DNA of 64,000 nucleotides from an uncultured Phycisphaera sp. (GTDB lineage Bacteria; Planctomycetota; Phycisphaerae; UBA1845): NCBI GenBank assembly GCA_964501365.1, contig CAZCST010000014.1, positions 123,602 to 187,601 of the forward strand, read 5' to 3'. Shown piece by piece: positions 61,901 to 64,000 of this stretch (position 1 is its first letter; each line of letters starts with the position of its first letter). The notes under the pieces were generated by a model. It saw only the letters and a program-made list of their open reading frames with translations, ran no database searches and was not told where the DNA came from. The position numbers and the translations under genes were made by a program.

Positions 61901-62128
61901 CGGGATTGCCTGACGGTCGCTGTGCTATGCGGAAATGGCACTTGCGACGTGTACGCCGGCGAAAATTGTCGGAATTGCCCGGACGATTGCCGCGGAAGAT
62001 TGACCGGCCCGGCGAACAAACACTTCTGCTGCGGAGATGCAGAAAGCGTGCTGCCCGCCCCATGTGATTCCAATGTTTGTAATTCGCGAGATTGGTCGTG
62101 CACCGAATCTCCAGCTCCTTGTCCATAA
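58973..62128 (+). CDS. Secreted FG-GAP-like 7-bladed propeller fused to a long Cys-rich stalk
   Basis: ATG at 58973 gives the signal peptide 'LLFLVCAGTFTITSTARAQ'. Seven 'FG.SVA..G...VVGA....G.AYVF...G..W....KL' blades. These are followed by 'C..D.N.CT.D.C..G.C.H' modules, including a ~135-aa internal duplication. Confidence 0.75.
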   Translation: MYGRNSVAHRSCLLFLVCAGTFTITSTARAQVGPCQFQPGNVVRPTDLGSQDQYATSVDVYGNFAFIGAPRQPTASETGAVYVATRGLTWSVTQKLVAPDAAPGRRFGSSVAMDGSWAVVGSDGAGAAYAYQLVGSTWTYRQKLVPNPVTAGDLFGSSVAISGSTLVVGAHGHTGYSGRAFVFKYNGTSWVQTQVLAATDGAAYDFFGFSVGLSNNSLVVGAYGDDETAGTNFGSVYAFRFDGTQWVFQQKLHAPDGASGDNFGESVSVSGSTLVIGASRNDQVGSNAGAAYVFGLNGTQWNFASKLTGSDSAPGDWFGTSVATDGEIVVVGSPLWDSGEVTNCGAVYSFAFDGTRWVEQTKLLPPAPWGSYDDNLGKSVAINSGEIVGGANLADWQGRDTGDAYFFDVHCDEAVPECTVNGNCNDNNACTTDTCNSGRCVFTNNTLPCNDGVFCNGADTCNAGSCSVHAGNPCATGAVCANTCNEAADNCFTAANVACTADTNTCTNDVCDGSGACTHPFKPAGSPCGSSAAGLCDNPDTCNSTGVCLANNLPNNTTCTDDGNECTSDVCSAGQCTHPAKTDGTACTADTNSCTNDVCTFGACAHPNKSAGSACGSSAAGLCDNPDTCNASGVCLTNNLPNGSACADDGNECTTDTCNAGVCAHPTRPNGSTCNDGSAATSNDQCTSGLCAGTPQCVTNADCNDSNVCTTDTCVGGACQRVNNTVACADDGNVCTNDLCGGGACTHPAKANGTTCDDGLFCNGTDSCSAGACTVHAGNPCAGGPVCANTCNESSDNCFTAANTACTADTNACTNDVCNGSGTCTHPLKPGGSPCGSSAAGLCDNPDTCNASGVCLPNNLPNGSACLDDGNECTNDVCNAGQCIHPAKAANTPCNDGNVCTDVDYCSHGVCVGGSLLACDDGDPCTIDTCGPKGCRSVPMVCPTGQVCVDGICSPGILNPCGNGVCDASEDGCSCPRDCLTVAVLCGNGTCDVYAGENCRNCPDDCRGRLTGPANKHFCCGDAESVLPAPCDSNVCNSRDWSCTESPAPCP

Positions 62129-62173
62129 AGTCGAGTCCGCTTCAAGGCCATCGCCTTGATTTGCCTGACTTGG

Positions 62174-62194
62174 TGGCGCGTGCGTCACGCGCCA
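62174..62194 (+). terminator. Perfect 9-bp hairpin downstream of the FG-GAP gene
   Basis: TGGCGCGTG-cgt-CACGCGCCA. There is no T-run. Confidence 0.4.
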
Positions 62195-62309
62195 ATGCTT
62201 ACATTCTCGTACAATTGTCGCCCACCGGTCTCCGAAGTAATCTACAAGGATAAGGTCGCGAATTCGCGCGCGGGAACGCGAATTCCTTCCTATACTCCGG
62301 AGAATCCGC

Positions 62310-64000
62310 ATGAGCCGCCAAGTCTTCTTTTTCGCTGCAACAATTTGTTTGCTTGCCAGTGTTGCGAGCGCACAAGACCTCAAGTACGAAAAATACAAAC
62401 TCGACAACGGTTTGACCGTCATCCTTCACGAGGATCACTCACTGCCGGTGGCAGGGGTGAACCTCTGGTATCGTGTGGGATCCAAGGATGAACCGCAGCA
62501 CCGAAGTGGATTTGCCCACCTCTTCGAGCATCTGATGTTCATGGGAACCCAGCGCGTTCCCGGCAACAAGTTTGACACCATCATGGAAGGCGGCGGGGGG
62601 GCTAACAACGCATCCACGAGTTCCGATCGCACCAACTATTTCTCCTCCGGTCCGGCGGCGTTGCTGCCCACCCTACTCTGGCTTGACGCCGACCGACTTG
62701 AAGACCTCGCCCGGACCATGGATCAGGAGAAACTCGACAAGCAGCGGGACGTTGTCCGAAACGAGCGTCGCCAAAGCTATGAAAACCGCCCCTACGGCAA
62801 GGCCGAACTGGTGATTCCGGAAATGATGTACCCGCCAGGGCATCCATATCACATTCCGGTCATCGGAACACACGAGGATTTGGAGGCCGCGACCGTTTCC
62901 GACGTCAAGGATTTCTTCGGTACGTTTTATCTTCCGACCAATGTAACGCTCAGCGTGGCTGGAGACTTCGATCCCAAGGCCATCAAGCCGCTTATCGCCG
63001 ATTTATTCGGTGGCATAGCTCAGGGCAAGGTTCCGCAGCGGCGTTCTGCAGATCCCGTCAAGTTGGATGCAGTCAAGCGCGCGACGTTGCATGACAAGGT
63101 CCAGTTGCCCATGATCGCCATGGTCTACCACAGTCCGGCCTGGTACGCCGACGGCGATGCCGAAATGAATCTTGCCGCAGCCGTGCTGTCGCGCGGGAAG
63201 ACCAGCCGGCTCTACAAGCGGTTGGTGTACGACGACAAACTCGCCGCGGAGGTTTCCGCCTATCAGGACTCGTCGCAATTGGGTTCGCTGTTTCGCATCG
63301 ATGTGCTCGTCAATCCTGGCATCGACCTCGATAAAGTGGAAAAGGCCGTTGACGAGGAGGTCGCACGTCTGACCAACGAAGGTCCCACCGCGAAAGAACT
63401 GGAAAAGCACAAAGTAGGAATCGAGCTTTCCATGCTCAATGGCCTCCAAAGCGTGGAGGCCAAGGCCGACCAGCTCAATGAATACGATTACGTCTGGGGC
63501 GAACCCAATTCATGCAAGCGGGACTTGGATCGGTATCGCAATGCAAGTGTCGACGGCGTTCGGGATTGGTGTGCCAGGGTATTTACGCAAGACGCTCGCC
63601 TGATCATGCGAGTCCTGCCGGAAGGCCCGGAAAAGACGGAACCGCCCGCTGAAGAAAAACAACAACTGACGGCCACGCCTGCGAAACAAGCCGGTGAACA
63701 ACCACCGGCTAAAGGGCCCGACCGAGCGCCATCACCGCGAGACAAGCAACCCGTAATCGCCGTCGCACCCGCTTTCGAACCTCCTATGCCGGAGACTTTC
63801 AAGTTAAAAAACGGCATTCCCGTGATGCTCTGGACAAGGAAGGAACTTCCGCTCGTATCCATGACGGTGGCGTTCCTTCGCGATGGATTTGTTGTCGGTG
63901 ACACGGATCGGGCAGGCGCGATCTGGATGACCGCGGACATGCTCGACGAAGGAACAGTCGACAAGAATGCGCTAGAATATAGCGACGCCATGCAACAGTT
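62310..64000 (+). CDS. M16 (pitrilysin-family) zinc peptidase, 5' part; runs off the window
   Basis: Absent from the ORF track because no stop lies in the window. I translated 62310 to the end with no stop codon. Signal peptide 'MSRQVFFFAATICLLASVASAQ'. Inverted zinc motif 'HLFEH' in 'GFAHLFEHLMFMGT', then 'NASTSSDRTNY' and 'ERRQSYENRPYG'. A second M16 half begins after a Pro/Glu/Lys linker. Confidence 0.85.
   Translation, partial: MSRQVFFFAATICLLASVASAQDLKYEKYKLDNGLTVILHEDHSLPVAGVNLWYRVGSKDEPQHRSGFAHLFEHLMFMGTQRVPGNKFDTIMEGGGGANNASTSSDRTNYFSSGPAALLPTLLWLDADRLEDLARTMDQEKLDKQRDVVRNERRQSYENRPYGKAELVIPEMMYPPGHPYHIPVIGTHEDLEAATVSDVKDFFGTFYLPTNVTLSVAGDFDPKAIKPLIADLFGGIAQGKVPQRRSADPVKLDAVKRATLHDKVQLPMIAMVYHSPAWYADGDAEMNLAAAVLSRGKTSRLYKRLVYDDKLAAEVSAYQDSSQLGSLFRIDVLVNPGIDLDKVEKAVDEEVARLTNEGPTAKELEKHKVGIELSMLNGLQSVEAKADQLNEYDYVWGEPNSCKRDLDRYRNASVDGVRDWCARVFTQDARLIMRVLPEGPEKTEPPAEEKQQLTATPAKQAGEQPPAKGPDRAPSPRDKQPVIAVAPAFEPPMPETFKLKNGIPVMLWTRKELPLVSMTVAFLRDGFVVGDTDRAGAIWMTADMLDEGTVDKNALEYSDAMQQ

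Noticed and set aside
52439-62128. Diversity-generating retroelement targeting the repetitive C-terminal modules
   Set aside because: No reverse transcriptase gene in the window, and no template/variable repeat pair differing only at adenines.
1-64000. tRNA, rRNA, tmRNA, riboswitch, transposase or prophage genes
   Set aside because: Intergenic regions were read on both strands. No cloverleaf-compatible sequence, conserved rRNA block, terminal inverted repeat with a transposase, or phage structural cluster was seen. By-eye detection of small RNAs is weak, so absence is not proven.

Overview
High-GC bacterial chromosomal window, about 55-62% by eye. No rRNA, tRNA, CRISPR array, transposase or integrase was recognised. 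PEP-CTERM tails, a PilM-PilN fusion beside a TPR-secretin, giant Cys-rich secreted proteins and sigma-54 regulators suggest a Planctomycetota/PVC-like organism (inference only). About 47 protein-coding genes are supported. Layout: (1) scpA, two PEP-CTERM paralogues, trpS. (2) A 1097-aa tail-fibre/adhesin-like chimera with a translationally coupled partner. (3) An FHA-GAF-PP2C gene facing a five-gene PilMN/TPR-secretin operon, followed by a sigma-54 activator and its kinase. (4) Small housekeeping and redox genes, then an atypical receiver with groES-groEL. (5) An apparently lower-GC islet holding a strong sigma-54 promoter, a GcrA-like small protein and a coiled-coil 2-TM protein, next to decayed vapC remnants and a thrombospondin-repeat protein. 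(6) lgt, a VOC gene, corA. (7) A Wzm/Wzt ABC-dependent glycan cluster with four glycosyltransferases, two methyltransferases and an epimerase. (8) A 16-kb region with four giant modular Cys-rich secreted proteins: an S8 protease, two paralogues with an unnamed head domain, and an FG-GAP propeller. (9) An M16 peptidase that runs off the right edge and is missing from the ORF track. Best candidates for undescribed biology are the orphan secretin machine, the Cys-rich protein set, the sigma-54 islet and several intergenic repeat or palindrome families. All calls rest on motifs read by eye; no searches were run.
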